Assembly: GCA_937901905.1 (NCBI GenBank)
Contig: CALDIF010000084.1
Span: 8,290-72,289, forward strand
Reading direction: 5' to 3'
DNA: 64,000 nucleotides
From: an uncultured Porphyromonadaceae bacterium
Lineage (GTDB): Bacteria; Bacteroidota; Bacteroidia; Bacteroidales; Muribaculaceae
The position numbers were made by a program, and so were the translations under genes. Below, in pieces: positions 18,203 to 30,400 of the stretch. How positions within the stretch are numbered: the stretch's first letter is position 1; each line of letters opens with the position of its first letter. The notes under the pieces are model-generated. The model saw only the letters and a program-made list of their open reading frames with translations, was not told the DNA's origin and made no database searches.

Positions 18203-19957
18203 TCAAATTCCGAGGTCACGGCAAATGGTGTCAATCTTGGCATCTGCCCACTCGTTCTTGGCATCGTAAGCATCGGCACTCTCAAGAGTATCGTGTACCT
18301 CAATGTAGAACTTGATCTTGGGTTCGGTGCCACTGGGACGTATTGAAACCTTGGTGCCGTCCTCAGTGAAATATTGCAACACGTTACTGGTGGTGGGCAT
18401 TTCAAGAGGAGTCACCTCGCCTGTCTTGACATCACGCTGCTGCAGCAACTGGAAGTCGCGAATAAGCACCACGGGCGAGCCGGCGATTTCTTTTTGGGGA
18501 TTTTCGCGGAAGTTCTTCATCATCAACGCGATTTCCTCGGCACCGCTCTTACCCGGACGCACGACACTGATGCCACGCTCCTTGCTGTAACCGTAGGTCA
18601 TGTAAACATCAATGAGCATGTCGTTGAGTGACATTCCCTTATCCTTTGCCCATGCGGCAATCTCCGCCATCAAGGGGATTGACGAAACCGAGTCCTTATC
18701 GCGGGCGAATGTCTCGGGAAGGTAGCCGTAACTCTCCTCACCGCCACCGAGGTACTTGGCTTCGGTGCCCTCAAGGTCGCGCATCACAGTTGCAATCCAC
18801 TTGAAGCCGGTGTAGCAGTCGTACATCTTGATGCCTAATTTCTTGGCCATCTTGGCTATCAACTCGCTGGTCACAATGGTCTTGACAATGTACTCGTTGC
18901 CAGTCAAACGCCCCAACTCCTTGTTGCGAGCCATCAAGTAATAGTGGAAAATGATCTGGATTTGATTGCCGTTAAGCAGGTCGTAAACGCCCTTGGTGTT
19001 CTTGATGACAACTGCGATACGGTCGGCATCGGGGTCGCTTGCCATGGCGATGTCTGCCTGCGTCTCGGTCGCCTTGTCGATTGCCATCTTCATCGTGGGA
19101 GGCATCTCGGGGTTGGGTTTTCCGTCAACAGTGGGGAACTCGCCGGTCATCACGTCCTGCTCGGGCACGTGAATGATGTTGGTAAAGCCCCAACGCTCCA
19201 ATGAACGCGGAATGATGTAACGTCCCACGCCGTGGATAGGAGTATACACGATTTTGAGGTCGTGTTGACGGGCATCAATATCGGGACTGAGTGAGAGCGT
19301 GTGTATTTGCTCGAGATATTGCTCATCAATGTTCTCACCGATAGTCTCAATCAAGTCGGGATTACCCTCAAAGCGCACTTCGCTGATGTCCTTGATTGCC
19401 TCCACATACTTGATGATATTGACATCATGAGGCGATACGACTTGGGCACCGTCGTCCCAGTAAGCCTTGTATCCGTTGTACTCCTTGGGGTTGTGGCTCG
19501 CAGTGATGTTAACACCGCTTTGGCAACCGAGCAGGCGCACAGCGTAACTCAACTCGGGTGTCGGACGGGGACCTTCAAACAAGTACACTTTAATGCCGTT
19601 AGCCGAGAAGACATTGGCAACAGTCTCGGCAAACAAGCGACTGTTGTTGCGCACGTCGTGTCCCACAACGACCTTGATTTGGTCAAGGTGCTTGAATGCC
19701 TCGTTGAGGTAGTTGGCAAGACCTTGAGTAGCCGAGCCGACAGTGTAGATATTCATGCGGTTGCAACCGGCACCCATGATGCCACGCAAACCACCGGTAC
19801 CGAACTCAAGAGTTTTATAGAAGGACTCAATCAAATCGGTCTTGTCCTCACTGTCGAGCATACGGCGCACCTCGGCACGTGTTGCCTCATCATAACCATC
19901 GCCCAACCATTGTTGTGCGACTGCCGTCACTTGTTGTAACAATTGTTCGTCGTTCAT
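18203..19957 (-). CDS. Phosphoglucomutase/phosphomannomutase-family phospho-sugar mutase
   Basis: 584 aa with the active-site loop TASHNPKEYNGYK and the Mg-binding segment ASDPDADR. Confidence 0.9.
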   Translation of the reverse strand: MNDEQLLQQVTAVAQQWLGDGYDEATRAEVRRMLDSEDKTDLIESFYKTLEFGTGGLRGIMGAGCNRMNIYTVGSATQGLANYLNEAFKHLDQIKVVVGHDVRNNSRLFAETVANVFSANGIKVYLFEGPRPTPELSYAVRLLGCQSGVNITASHNPKEYNGYKAYWDDGAQVVSPHDVNIIKYVEAIKDISEVRFEGNPDLIETIGENIDEQYLEQIHTLSLSPDIDARQHDLKIVYTPIHGVGRYIIPRSLERWGFTNIIHVPEQDVMTGEFPTVDGKPNPEMPPTMKMAIDKATETQADIAMASDPDADRIAVVIKNTKGVYDLLNGNQIQIIFHYYLMARNKELGRLTGNEYIVKTIVTSELIAKMAKKLGIKMYDCYTGFKWIATVMRDLEGTEAKYLGGGEESYGYLPETFARDKDSVSSIPLMAEIAAWAKDKGMSLNDMLIDVYMTYGYSKERGISVVRPGKSGAEEIALMMKNFRENPQKEIAGSPVVLIRDFQLLQQRDVKTGEVTPLEMPTTSNVLQYFTEDGTKVSIRPSGTEPKIKFYIEVHDTLESADAYDAKNEWADAKIDTICRDLGI

Positions 19958-20014
19958 GTTGTTTAAATGATATAGTTATTTAAAGATTAATAAGTCACGA
20001 TAATAATATTCCCA

Positions 20015-20022
20015 CAAATATA
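20015..20022 (-). promoter_or_regulatory. -7 box (TATATTTG on the minus strand) for the mutase gene
   Basis: The plus strand reads CAAATATA, 58 nt upstream of the ATG at 19957. Confidence 0.4.
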
Positions 20023-20137
20023 CACATTTTTCGTCGTACCACAAATTTTCAAGTCGAAAAAGCGCACTTGAAGCGCATTTCGGTCACTCAAATGACTGCT
20101 CGCTTGTGTGAAACACGCCATGTGCGCCACACTTGTC

Positions 20138-20818
20138 CTATCGCAGCGAAGACAAAATACTTTTTAATATCGCGAAAGTGTGGCGAGGTGCGTCCTGCCA
20201 AAAGGCGGTGTAATCGAGTGTGTTGTCATGGCTCGCCATCGGAGAATCGCTAATGACGCGCAGACTCATGAACGGGACGTGCATCACGTGGCATACTTGG
20301 GCTATAGAACCGCTTTCCATGTCAAGGGCGAGCACATCGGGATAGTCACGCTTGATGGCAAGAGCACGCTCGGTCGTGTCGACAAACCAATCGCCCGAAC
20401 AAATCAAACCTTTGTGAATACCGGCTTCGTCGGGAACTCCGTCAACCAATTTTTTGTCTGCCTCAAAATAATGCGGTAAACCTTGAATACGCCCCAACTC
20501 GGTCTCGGGACCGCACCACACGTCATGGTAAGCGACTCTCTCGCCCACCACAACATCGCCCATAGCGAGCGACGAGTCACCGGCTCCGGCGACACCGGTA
20601 TTGATCACCGCATCAGGGGCGAATTTACTCACCATGAGAGTTGTGCCCACGGCGGCATTCACCTTTCCTATACCGCATTTCATAGCGACCACATCGATAC
20701 CACCGATTTTACCGATGACAAATGTCATGTTATTGTCAAGGACACGACTGGCATTATCAATCTCGTCAAGGAGAAGTTCCATCTCCTTGTCCATTGCCAC
20801 AATTACACCAATTCGCAT
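20138..20818 (-). CDS. mtnN: 5'-methylthioadenosine/S-adenosylhomocysteine nucleosidase
   Basis: 226 aa. It begins MRIGVIVAMDKEMELL and contains GIGKVNAA and ALDMESGSIAQV, the PNP_UDP_1 fold typical of Pfs/MtnN. Confidence 0.88.
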   Translation of the reverse strand: MRIGVIVAMDKEMELLLDEIDNASRVLDNNMTFVIGKIGGIDVVAMKCGIGKVNAAVGTTLMVSKFAPDAVINTGVAGAGDSSLAMGDVVVGERVAYHDVWCGPETELGRIQGLPHYFEADKKLVDGVPDEAGIHKGLICSGDWFVDTTERALAIKRDYPDVLALDMESGSIAQVCHVMHVPFMSLRVISDSPMASHDNTLDYTAFWQDAPRHTFAILKSILSSLR

Positions 20819-20846
20819 GAATAGTTAAGTTTAGTTGTTTGAGTTG

Positions 20847-20854
20847 CAAATTTA
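20847..20854 (-). promoter_or_regulatory. -7 box (TAAATTTG on the minus strand) for mtnN
   Basis: The plus strand reads CAAATTTA, 29 nt upstream of the ATG at 20818. Confidence 0.45.
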
Positions 20855-21017
20855 CGGTTAATTCCCGACTTTTGCAACAGTATCATCAACACTGCCGTGC
20901 GCGTCCATATACCACTCACACGCAACGGTGTGTCCCGATTTGCTGTTTCGGAACGTTTGGCGCACGTTGATTTTTAAAAAACGCGTCACAGTTTGGTGAA
21001 AACTGTAAACTTTTTTG

Positions 21018-21025
21018 TAATTTTG
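21018..21025 (+). promoter_or_regulatory. -7 box TAATTTTG for marC, with TTTG at 20992-20995 as a possible -33 element
   Basis: Exact TAnnTTTG match 33 nt upstream of the ATG at 21058. Confidence 0.5.
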
Positions 21026-21057
21026 CGTTTCGAAAAACTGATAATGCAAGAAAATTC

Positions 21058-21639
21058 ATGTTCTCACAATTTAATTTTCAGCAATCGCTCAGCGCGTTTC
21101 TTGTTCTCATAGGTATAATAGATATTATCGGCTCTATCCCCATCATACTGCAGTTGAGGGAAAAAGGTCGCGAAGTGAGCGCGTGGAAAGCCACGTTAAT
21201 TTCTTTCGGATTGATGGTGGGCTTTTTTTTCGGTGGCAACTGGATACTGCAAATTTTCGGGTGTACAATTGAGGCATTTGCTGTCGCAGGTTCGATATTA
21301 ATCTTTTTCATGGGGCTTGAAATGGTATTGGACGTAGAGATTTTCAAAAACACCGGTCCCATCAAGGAAGCCACTCTTGTACCTATCGTCTTCCCATTGA
21401 TTGCGGGTGCCGGCACGTTCACCACGTTAATATCACTGCGCGCGATGTATGCCGACATCAATATCTTGTTGGGCTTGATTGTCAACATGGTGTGGGTTTA
21501 TGTTGTGATACGGTCAACCGATGTGATACGTCGCTTGCTCGGCATCAGCGGTATTTATTTCATTCGCAAGTTCTTCGGTATTATTCTGCTCGCCATTTCG
21601 GTTAAGATGTTCACCGAGAACCTTGCCAATTCACTATAA
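21058..21639 (+). CDS. MarC-family (UPF0056/NAAT) integral membrane protein
   Basis: 193 aa with six hydrophobic segments. The N-terminus FLVLIGIIDIIGSIPIIL is typical of MarC. Confidence 0.8.
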   Translation: MFSQFNFQQSLSAFLVLIGIIDIIGSIPIILQLREKGREVSAWKATLISFGLMVGFFFGGNWILQIFGCTIEAFAVAGSILIFFMGLEMVLDVEIFKNTGPIKEATLVPIVFPLIAGAGTFTTLISLRAMYADINILLGLIVNMVWVYVVIRSTDVIRRLLGISGIYFIRKFFGIILLAISVKMFTENLANSL

Positions 21640-21665
21640 CCGTACCAACTTTTCATTATTATCCA

Positions 21666-24092
21666 ATGAGTTTGATTGATAAAGATAATTGTCACAATAT
21701 ACACGTCCAACCCAAGGTGAGTGCCATTATCACCGAGGTTCATCAAGACAAGGTGGGTGGCGAGCAGGCAGCACAGTTGTCCTCACAGGCGGTGTATCCT
21801 TTGTTACCGTTGCGTGGCACGGTTTTATTTCCCAACCTTGCCTTGCCGGTTGCCATTGAGCGCAAATCCTCATTAAGCCTTGTCAAGGAAGCCGATAAGG
21901 AAGGTTTTATCATCGCTGTGGTGTGCCAAGTGGTTGCCGATGCCGAACGTCCCGAACTCAAAGAGTTAGGCGCAGTGGGCACCTATGCCCGTGTGCTCAA
22001 ACTCATTCACATGCCCGATGACAGTTACACTGTGATATTACACGGCATCAAGTCGTTTGCCCTTGGCGAAATTGTTTCACGAGAGCCTTACTATAAGGCG
22101 CTTACCACCCCTATAGAAGCCGGAGAAGCTCCGCGACGCAATGCCGAGTTCAAGGCTTTGATGCAGTCCATAAGTGAGATAACCCGTCACATGCTCGAAA
22201 TAATGGGCGATGGAGGGCAGGAATTGCAATTCTCGTTAAACAACATCAAAGACCGCAAGTTATTGATTGACTTCCTTGCAATGAACTTGCCCTTTGACGT
22301 GAAGCAGAAACAAGCGATGCTCGAGGAGAACAATGTGATGCATCGCGGTTACATGCTCTACCGGTGCTTGCAACAAGAAAACCAGTTGCTCGAGTTGCGC
22401 GACAATATACGCACTCGCACCCAAATGGACATCAGTCAGCAACAGCGCGAGCACTTCCTGCAACAACAGTTGCGAACCATACAAGAGGAATTGGGTACCG
22501 ACGTGAACGACATGGAGACGCTTCAAAAACGCTATGAAGCACGACGCTCGTCCATGCCCGATGACGCTTGCACCATGTTTGAACGAGAATTGCGCAAGTT
22601 GGAACGTCTTAATCCGCAGGCTCCCGATTATAGCGTACAGTATAATTATTTGGACGAATTTCTCAACCTGCCGTGGAACACCTATTCGACCGACAACTTT
22701 GACCTCAAGCATGCCGAACGTCGTCTCAATCGCGACCACTACGGCTTGGACAAGGTTAAGGAGCGCATTCTCGAGCACTTGGCTGTGTTGAGTTTGCGTG
22801 GCGATTTCAAGTCGCCCATATTGTGTCTGTACGGTCCGCCGGGAGTCGGCAAGACATCGCTCGGGAAGTCAATTGCAACAGCGTTGGGCCGTAAGTACGC
22901 GCGCATATCACTCGGCGGTTTGCACGACGAGTCGGAAATCAGAGGTCATCGACGCACATACGTCGGCGCGATGTCAGGACGCATCATGAGTGCCATTTCT
23001 CATTGTGGCACATCTAATCCTGTCATTGTACTCGACGAGATCGATAAGGTTGGTGTTGACTACAAGGGCGACCCCCGGAGTGCGTTGCTTGAGGTGTTGG
23101 ATCCGGAACAAAACAGCCATTTCCACGACAATTACATTGATGTTGACTATGACTTGTCGCACGTCTTATTCATCGCAACGGCCAACAACCTGTCAACAGT
23201 GTCACAGCCGCTGCTCGACCGCATGGAGGTAATTGAACTCAACAGTTACATGCTCGAAGAGAAAATTGAGATTGCCAAGCGACATCTTGTTCCAAAACAG
23301 TTGGAAGAAAACGGTTTCGCCAAGCGCGAGGTGCGTTTTACCGATGCCACTCTCTCGGCTCTCGCGACCGGCTACACCCACGAGGCCGGAGTTCGACAAT
23401 TGGAAAAAGCCATTGCCTCGGTCTTGCGCAAGTTGGCGCGCAAGAAGGTCATGGGCGAAGAGTACCCCACCGGTGTACGTCCCGCGATGTTACACGAGTT
23501 GTTAGGAGCCGAACGCTACAAGCCCGACCGATACGAGGGCAACACATTTACCGGTGTGGTAACCGGATTGGCATGGACGCGTGTGGGAGGCGAAATACTC
23601 TACGTTGAGTCGTCATTGGCAGCCGGAAAGGGCGAGAAACTCACGCTGACCGGCAACCTCGGTGACGTGATGAAAGAAAGTGCTGTTATCGCCTTGCAGT
23701 ACTTGCGCAGTCATGCCGATGAATTGGGCATTGACATTGACATGTTCGACAAGTATAATGTCCACATTCATGTGCCCGAAGGTGCAATTCCCAAGGACGG
23801 GCCGTCGGCAGGTGTGACGATGGTTACCTCATTGGCATCATCGTTCACGCAACGTTTGGTCAAGCCCAAGTATGCCATGACGGGCGAGATAACGTTGAGG
23901 GGCAAGGTGCTGCCGGTGGGTGGTATCAGTGAGAAAATTCTTGCTGCCAAGCGAGCCGGTATAACCGATATAATTCTATGTCGCGACAACGAGAAAGACA
24001 TTAACGAAATCAAACCTCAGTATATAGGAGGTCTCACATTCCACTATGTTGACACTGTTGCCGATGTATTGAACCTCGCTCTGCTGCCGTGA
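21666..24092 (+). CDS. lon: ATP-dependent endopeptidase La (Lon protease)
   Basis: 808 aa with a LON N-domain ([13 protein letters not shown]), Walker A (GPPGVGKTS) and the protease Ser motif (PKDGPSAGV). Confidence 0.95.
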   Translation: MSLIDKDNCHNIHVQPKVSAIITEVHQDKVGGEQAAQLSSQAVYPLLPLRGTVLFPNLALPVAIERKSSLSLVKEADKEGFIIAVVCQVVADAERPELKELGAVGTYARVLKLIHMPDDSYTVILHGIKSFALGEIVSREPYYKALTTPIEAGEAPRRNAEFKALMQSISEITRHMLEIMGDGGQELQFSLNNIKDRKLLIDFLAMNLPFDVKQKQAMLEENNVMHRGYMLYRCLQQENQLLELRDNIRTRTQMDISQQQREHFLQQQLRTIQEELGTDVNDMETLQKRYEARRSSMPDDACTMFERELRKLERLNPQAPDYSVQYNYLDEFLNLPWNTYSTDNFDLKHAERRLNRDHYGLDKVKERILEHLAVLSLRGDFKSPILCLYGPPGVGKTSLGKSIATALGRKYARISLGGLHDESEIRGHRRTYVGAMSGRIMSAISHCGTSNPVIVLDEIDKVGVDYKGDPRSALLEVLDPEQNSHFHDNYIDVDYDLSHVLFIATANNLSTVSQPLLDRMEVIELNSYMLEEKIEIAKRHLVPKQLEENGFAKREVRFTDATLSALATGYTHEAGVRQLEKAIASVLRKLARKKVMGEEYPTGVRPAMLHELLGAERYKPDRYEGNTFTGVVTGLAWTRVGGEILYVESSLAAGKGEKLTLTGNLGDVMKESAVIALQYLRSHADELGIDIDMFDKYNVHIHVPEGAIPKDGPSAGVTMVTSLASSFTQRLVKPKYAMTGEITLRGKVLPVGGISEKILAAKRAGITDIILCRDNEKDINEIKPQYIGGLTFHYVDTVADVLNLALLP

Positions 24093-24109
24093 GAGCGTGA
24101 TTACAGTAA

Positions 24110-24150
24110 ATGTGAGGCGTGATACCGTTTTCAAGTATCACGCCTCACAT
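24110..24150. terminator. Bidirectional terminator hairpin (16-bp stem) between lon and the amylase gene
   Basis: ATGTGAGGCGTGATAC-N9-GTATCACGCCTCACAT, followed by CTGTTTAATTTT. Confidence 0.75.
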
Positions 24151-24191
24151 CTGTTTAATTTTAATAACTTATGTGACTGCTCAAAGCGACA

Positions 24192-25610
24192 TCATTTAGT
24201 CAATATCAATGCCGACATCGGGGCAAGTGTAGTGCGCAATACACCTTTCTTCACTTGCACACGTTGAGCGGTGACCGCATCACGATATTTACCGTTTGCT
24301 ATGGTCAACGCCAACGCCACATCTGCCGCCGATTCATCAAGATTAATGATAACAGCAGCGTCGGTTCCGCGCTCGACAATGATTTGCTTTCCGTCGTCAC
24401 TGAAGATCAAATGCTCGGGCTTGCCCATGTTGGCATGGCGGAACTCATTAACAGCGCGCACGAGCGGATGCTTGAACTCGTCGTTACCGACCTTGCCAAT
24501 CTCATTATCACCCCAATAATTATCACGAGTGCTTCCGTGAGGGCGTGAATAGAATAGCGGTGTACCGAATTGACGTGCTGCAAGGAACACCCAACCCAAG
24601 CGCACCAATTCATCGCTCATGCCCGCCGAGGCGTGCTCATTACAGTAGGTATCATGCGACTCAACCCATGTTACCAGATGGGCAGGGTCTACCGAATGGT
24701 GCCATGACAGCAAATTATCGGCATGAGCATTGTGCTTATTCAACACGTTGCGCAGTACCCAACCGAGGTTACTTGCTGTGAGATCCATATACTTGGCATA
24801 ACCTTGTTCCGGCACATTCTTGTCCTGCAACACTTCGCCGTAAATAAACAATTCATCACGGGGAACAGCCAGTGACAAGCCCTTGACCGGCTTACGCCCC
24901 GTTGCAACGTCCCAAAAGTCGTTTTGCGGCGAACGTGGATCCCGCGGTTCATCAGGCAAGCCGATGTGCTTGGCCGTGTCGTAACGGAACCCACGAGCAC
25001 CACATGCCAACACGTCGTTCACATATTGCATGTAGTAATATTGGAAGTCGGGATTTTCGGTATTCACATCGGGCAAAGTCCCCATTTCACCGGTTGTACA
25101 CTGATAACGGTCGCTATAATCTTTAATGGGCCACAATCCGTTAGCGTGGAACAAATTCTCGCGTCCGCCCACAGCACTGTCAAGACGGGCATTGATACAA
25201 CGGCGATCAATCACCGTGTGGTTAGGCAGCACGTCAACGATCACACGCACTCCAAGACGGTTAGCCTCAGCACACATAGCCTTGAATTCGTCACGAGTAC
25301 CCAGTTGGTAGTTGCCTATAGTCCAATCGGTGGGCTGATAATGATAATACCACTTGCCATTGCCGAATAACTGACGACCGCCATTGTCGCCCACGTAACA
25401 CTCGTTAATGGGCGAGGTCTGCACGATAGTATAACCGGCCTCCTTAATCTCGGGCAAGTGCTCACGAATTGTGTTGAACGACCACGACCACGCGTGGAGA
25501 ATAATCTCGTTGTTACCTTGCACCGCAACCGGTTCGGCAGCGTCGGTTGCTATCGGAGCCAAGGCGATGGCGAGCACAGCAATGGATAAATGTTGAAAAA
25601 TGCGTTTCAT
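24192..25610 (-). CDS. Secreted GH13 alpha-amylase
   Basis: 472 aa with a signal peptide and the GH13 regions DVLPNH, GFRYDTAKH, YGEV and WVESHD. Confidence 0.9.
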   Translation of the reverse strand: MKRIFQHLSIAVLAIALAPIATDAAEPVAVQGNNEIILHAWSWSFNTIREHLPEIKEAGYTIVQTSPINECYVGDNGGRQLFGNGKWYYHYQPTDWTIGNYQLGTRDEFKAMCAEANRLGVRVIVDVLPNHTVIDRRCINARLDSAVGGRENLFHANGLWPIKDYSDRYQCTTGEMGTLPDVNTENPDFQYYYMQYVNDVLACGARGFRYDTAKHIGLPDEPRDPRSPQNDFWDVATGRKPVKGLSLAVPRDELFIYGEVLQDKNVPEQGYAKYMDLTASNLGWVLRNVLNKHNAHADNLLSWHHSVDPAHLVTWVESHDTYCNEHASAGMSDELVRLGWVFLAARQFGTPLFYSRPHGSTRDNYWGDNEIGKVGNDEFKHPLVRAVNEFRHANMGKPEHLIFSDDGKQIIVERGTDAAVIINLDESAADVALALTIANGKYRDAVTAQRVQVKKGVLRTTLAPMSALILTK

Positions 25611-25665
25611 AGAATATCTTGTAAAACAATGGTTATTAGTCCGGTCACGGTTTTCTCTGTCACTG

Positions 25666-25673
25666 CAAAGTTA
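25666..25673 (-). promoter_or_regulatory. -7 box (TAACTTTG on the minus strand) for the amylase gene
   Basis: The plus strand reads CAAAGTTA, 56 nt upstream of the ATG at 25610. Confidence 0.45.
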
Positions 25674-25674
25674 C

Positions 25675-25709
25675 AAAAAAAACGACATCTGCCAAGCAAA
25701 TGTCGTTTT
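25675..25709 (-). terminator. Rho-independent terminator of groEL
   Basis: On the minus strand, AAACGACAT-N11-ATGTCGTTT forms a 9-bp stem followed by a T8 tract. It lies 25 nt after the groEL stop. Confidence 0.85.
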
Positions 25710-25733
25710 AAAGTTAATTGGAACGATGGCCTA

Positions 25734-27395
<1,662 letters not shown>

Positions 27396-27419
27396 TTACT
27401 AATGATTAATCAAAATAAA

Positions 27420-27695
27420 TCAAGCATTGATAACGATAGCCAAAATGTCGCTTTGGCGCATCATCAACAACTTGTCGCCATCTACCTCAATCTCGGTACC
27501 GGCATACTTGCCATAGAGTACGGTATCACCTGCCTGAACTTGCATCTGCTCGTCCTTGGTTCCGTTACCAACTGCCTTGACGATACCCTTGAGGGGTTTT
27601 TCTTTGGCACTATCGGGGATGATGATACCGCCGACCACTTCTTCTGCTTTTGCGGGCTCCACGAGAACGCGATCACCCAACGGTTTGATTGTCAT
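27420..27695 (-). CDS. groS: Co-chaperonin GroES
   Basis: 91 aa, beginning [14 protein letters not shown] and containing [12 protein letters not shown]. Confidence 0.95.
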   Translation of the reverse strand: MTIKPLGDRVLVEPAKAEEVVGGIIIPDSAKEKPLKGIVKAVGNGTKDEQMQVQAGDTVLYGKYAGTEIEVDGDKLLMMRQSDILAIVINA

Positions 27696-27801
27696 GATTG
27701 ATTTATATTAATATTAATGTTAATAGTTCAATTTGCTGCATCGCATCGCGATACACCGGCTTTATTGCACTGACCGTGCCAACGACCGAAACATGACGTT
27801 T

Positions 27802-27840
27802 TGTCACATTTGTGACAGTGACATTTCTGTCATCATGTCA
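27802..27840. promoter_or_regulatory. Cluster of TGTCAC/GTGACA half-sites upstream of groES (TGTCACA-TT-TGTGACA inverted repeat plus further GTGACA, TGTCAT and TGTCA copies)
   Basis: Read directly from the sequence, 107-145 nt upstream of the groES ATG. No CIRCE element and no TAnnTTTG box occur in this spacer. Confidence 0.35.
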
Positions 27841-27845
27841 AGCGA

Positions 27846-27873
27846 ATGCCCGACTGCATGTGCAATCGGGCAT
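27846..27873 (-). terminator. Hairpin immediately after yraN
   Basis: ATGCCCGA-N12-TCGGGCAT forms an 8-bp stem, starting 4 nt after the yraN stop. Confidence 0.45.
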
Positions 27874-27876
27874 CGT

Positions 27877-28260
27877 TCAACGGTAGGTGTATAGCGGCAC
27901 TTCGAAAGCGTGGGGGTAGAAATCGATACTCATTGTGTCGTCTTGATGCTTCACCACTATCATGACATCAAATTGAATATCTATGTCAAGATTGTAGTGA
28001 TGCACATATCCGTTGGCGGCATTGACGAGATTGCGAATTTTCTTGGGCGTGATAGTTTGCATGAAATCGAAATCGTCGTTTTCACTGCGTGTCTTGACTT
28101 CCACGATGTGGAGCACACGCGCTTGCTCTTCTTGAGCGACTATATCCACCTCAAGATGATTAAGACGCCAATTGACATCTCGCACCACATATCCCCTACT
28201 CACGAGATAGTCGCAAGCCAATTTTTCGCCCGCTTGCCCCAGCCTGTTGTGCAGTGCCAT
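27877..28260 (-). CDS. yraN: YraN-family (UPF0102) endonuclease-like protein
   Basis: 127 aa. GQAGEKLACDYLVSRGYVVRDVNWR...EVDIVA...HIVEVKTR is the YraN signature. Its ATG shares one base with the htpG TAA stop. Confidence 0.8.
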   Translation of the reverse strand: MALHNRLGQAGEKLACDYLVSRGYVVRDVNWRLNHLEVDIVAQEEQARVLHIVEVKTRSENDDFDFMQTITPKKIRNLVNAANGYVHHYNLDIDIQFDVMIVVKHQDDTMSIDFYPHAFEVPLYTYR

Positions 28261-30305
28261 TACATCATGTCAACACTACGTTGCACAAAACGGTTCAATG
28301 CCTCTCCCCTCAACAGTCCGCACGAGAGCAAAGCAATGTCTATAAGTTGGTGCACACGTTCTTGAGACGAAGCATATTCGGTGATCACCGCACTGCGTTG
28401 TTCGTTCAAGTCGTTCAAACGCTTCTCGTTCTCTTCCAATTCCTTCTTGCGGTCCTCGGGGACTTCGGTGGTGTCCTTGTTGAGGTCTCGCAAGGCATTG
28501 ACCACATTTTGAGTCGAAGCAATATCTTTGTCAAGAGGCTCAAGCGATGCTTGAAGAGCCGACTCGGCATCGGCAAGTATCAACTTCACAAGGCGGTGAT
28601 CGGTGTTCAGTGTCAAACTGTAATAATCGGGCATTTCGCCATAGAAACTCATACCCGCTTGGTATTGTGCCATATCCTTCATGCGACGCATGTACTCACT
28701 TTGTGTCATCACAACCGGCGCGGCTTGGTCGCCGAGCGCAGCAAGTGCCACCATGAATTCCGCCTTGTCGAGATGAGGCACTTGGGATTGGAACAAACGA
28801 TTGACCACGTCACGTTGAGCCGTAGTCAAGTCAACTTCACGATTCTCGTCCTTGCGAATCAAGTTAGACGGCACGTCGGCATCAACGCGCATGAAACGCA
28901 CCTTTTCCAACTTTTGTTCCAACAGTCCGGTGAATGGCACGTCCAATTGACCGTCCATCATCAACACGTCGTAACCGAGGTCAGCGGCAGCACGTATGTG
29001 GGTGTACTGCGCATCACGGTCGGTTGCATACAGATAGATGTGGTTGCCGTCTTTATCCGTTTGATTTGCCTCAACCAGTGTCTTGTAATCATCGAGGGTG
29101 AAGAACTTGCCGTCAACGTTCTCGAGCAAAGCGAACTTGAGTGCTTGCTCACAGAACTTCTCGTCGGTCAGCATTCCGTACTCGATAAAAATCTTGATGT
29201 CGTTCCACTTCTGCTCGAACTGTGTGGGATCGCTCTTGGCAATCTCGCGCAAGCGATCCGACACTTTCTTGGTGATGTGTTGGGAAATCATCTTGACATT
29301 TCGGTCGGCTTGCAAGTAGGAGCGCGACACGTTCAAGGGAATGTCGGGCGAGTCAATCACACCTTGCAACAAGGTGAGGAACTCGGGAACAACGCCTTCA
29401 ACACTGTCGGTAACAAAAACTTGGTTGCAATACAGTTGAATGCGATCTTTGCGAATGTCAAGGTTATTCTTGATTTTCGGGAAATACAAGATGCCCGTTA
29501 ACGTGAACGGATAGTCCACATTGAGGTGTATCCAGAACAGAGGATCGTCTTGAGCGGGTTGTATGGCACGATAGAAGTTCAAGTAATCATCATCGGTCAA
29601 GTCGGTGGGTTTGCGAGTCCACAACGGCTCAACATCGTTGATGATATTATCCTCATCGGTTTCGACTTGTCGGTTGTCCTTCCATTGTTTCTTTTTACCG
29701 AAAACGACCGGCACCGGCAAGAAACGGCAATACTTGCGCAACAACGCTTCGATGCGTTGATCTTCAAGGAATTCTTTCTCGTCTTCGGCGATATGCAAAA
29801 CGATATCGGTTCCTCGCTCGGATTTCTCCATCGTGTCCATTTCAAACTCGGGAGAACCGTCACAGGACCAACTTACCGCTTCAGCACCGTCCACATGACT
29901 CAAAGTGTGAATTTCCACCTTGTCCGAGACCATGAAAGCACTATAAAAGCCCAAGCCGAAGTGACCGATGATAGACGATGCCGTATCCTTGTACTTGGTC
30001 AAGAATTCTTCGGCACCCGAGAATGCGATTTGATTAATGTAACGGTCCACTTCATCGGCTGTCATGCCTATGCCGTTATCTCTTACCGTGAGCGTGCCCG
30101 CTTCCTTGTCAACAATCACGCTTACCTTGAGGTCATCGGTTGACCCGTTAAACTCGCCTGCGAGAGCCAAAGTCTTGAGTTTTTGGGTAGCATCTACAGC
30201 ATTCGAAACAAGTTCGCGCAAGAAAATCTCGTGATCACTGTAGAGAAACTTCTTAATAACGGGGAAAATATTGTTAGTTGTTACCCCAATTGTTCCTTTT
30301 GCCAT
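28260..30305 (-). CDS. htpG: Molecular chaperone HtpG (Hsp90)
   Basis: 681 aa with HATPase motifs (IFLRELVSNAVDA, DNGIGMT, IGHFGLGFYSAFMV). Confidence 0.95.
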   Translation of the reverse strand: MAKGTIGVTTNNIFPVIKKFLYSDHEIFLRELVSNAVDATQKLKTLALAGEFNGSTDDLKVSVIVDKEAGTLTVRDNGIGMTADEVDRYINQIAFSGAEEFLTKYKDTASSIIGHFGLGFYSAFMVSDKVEIHTLSHVDGAEAVSWSCDGSPEFEMDTMEKSERGTDIVLHIAEDEKEFLEDQRIEALLRKYCRFLPVPVVFGKKKQWKDNRQVETDEDNIINDVEPLWTRKPTDLTDDDYLNFYRAIQPAQDDPLFWIHLNVDYPFTLTGILYFPKIKNNLDIRKDRIQLYCNQVFVTDSVEGVVPEFLTLLQGVIDSPDIPLNVSRSYLQADRNVKMISQHITKKVSDRLREIAKSDPTQFEQKWNDIKIFIEYGMLTDEKFCEQALKFALLENVDGKFFTLDDYKTLVEANQTDKDGNHIYLYATDRDAQYTHIRAAADLGYDVLMMDGQLDVPFTGLLEQKLEKVRFMRVDADVPSNLIRKDENREVDLTTAQRDVVNRLFQSQVPHLDKAEFMVALAALGDQAAPVVMTQSEYMRRMKDMAQYQAGMSFYGEMPDYYSLTLNTDHRLVKLILADAESALQASLEPLDKDIASTQNVVNALRDLNKDTTEVPEDRKKELEENEKRLNDLNEQRSAVITEYASSQERVHQLIDIALLSCGLLRGEALNRFVQRSVDMM

Positions 30306-30384
30306 TTTATTGTAAAAGTTTAAAAATTAATATTCGGTTGTTTGTCATCATTATTATTGACGAGACATTAACTGTCGCGGTAGT

Positions 30385-30399
30385 GTGACACACTGTCAC
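30385..30399. promoter_or_regulatory. Inverted repeat GTGACA-CAC-TGTCAC between the clpC-like stop and htpG
   Basis: Read directly from the sequence. It uses the same hexamer pair as the groES-upstream cluster. It could equally be a weak terminator stem for the clpC-like gene. Confidence 0.3.
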
Positions 30400-30400
30400 G

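Noticed and set aside
20858-21049. A 63-aa minus-strand ORF in the mtnN/marC intergenic region.
   Set aside because: It spans the region holding the marC promoter boxes (20992-21025) and abuts the mtnN -7 box (20847-20854). It has no signal peptide, TM helix or family features and is probably a chance frame.
28254-29501. A 415-aa plus-strand ORF antisense to htpG. Similar cases are 9464..10240 (opposite cysE), 14512..15177, 19301..19939, 26049..26663, 26814..27380, 12237..12755, 29526..30143 and 31997..32575.
   Set aside because: All lie fully inside strongly supported conserved genes on the other strand and show no family signatures. They are typical stop-poor antisense frames.
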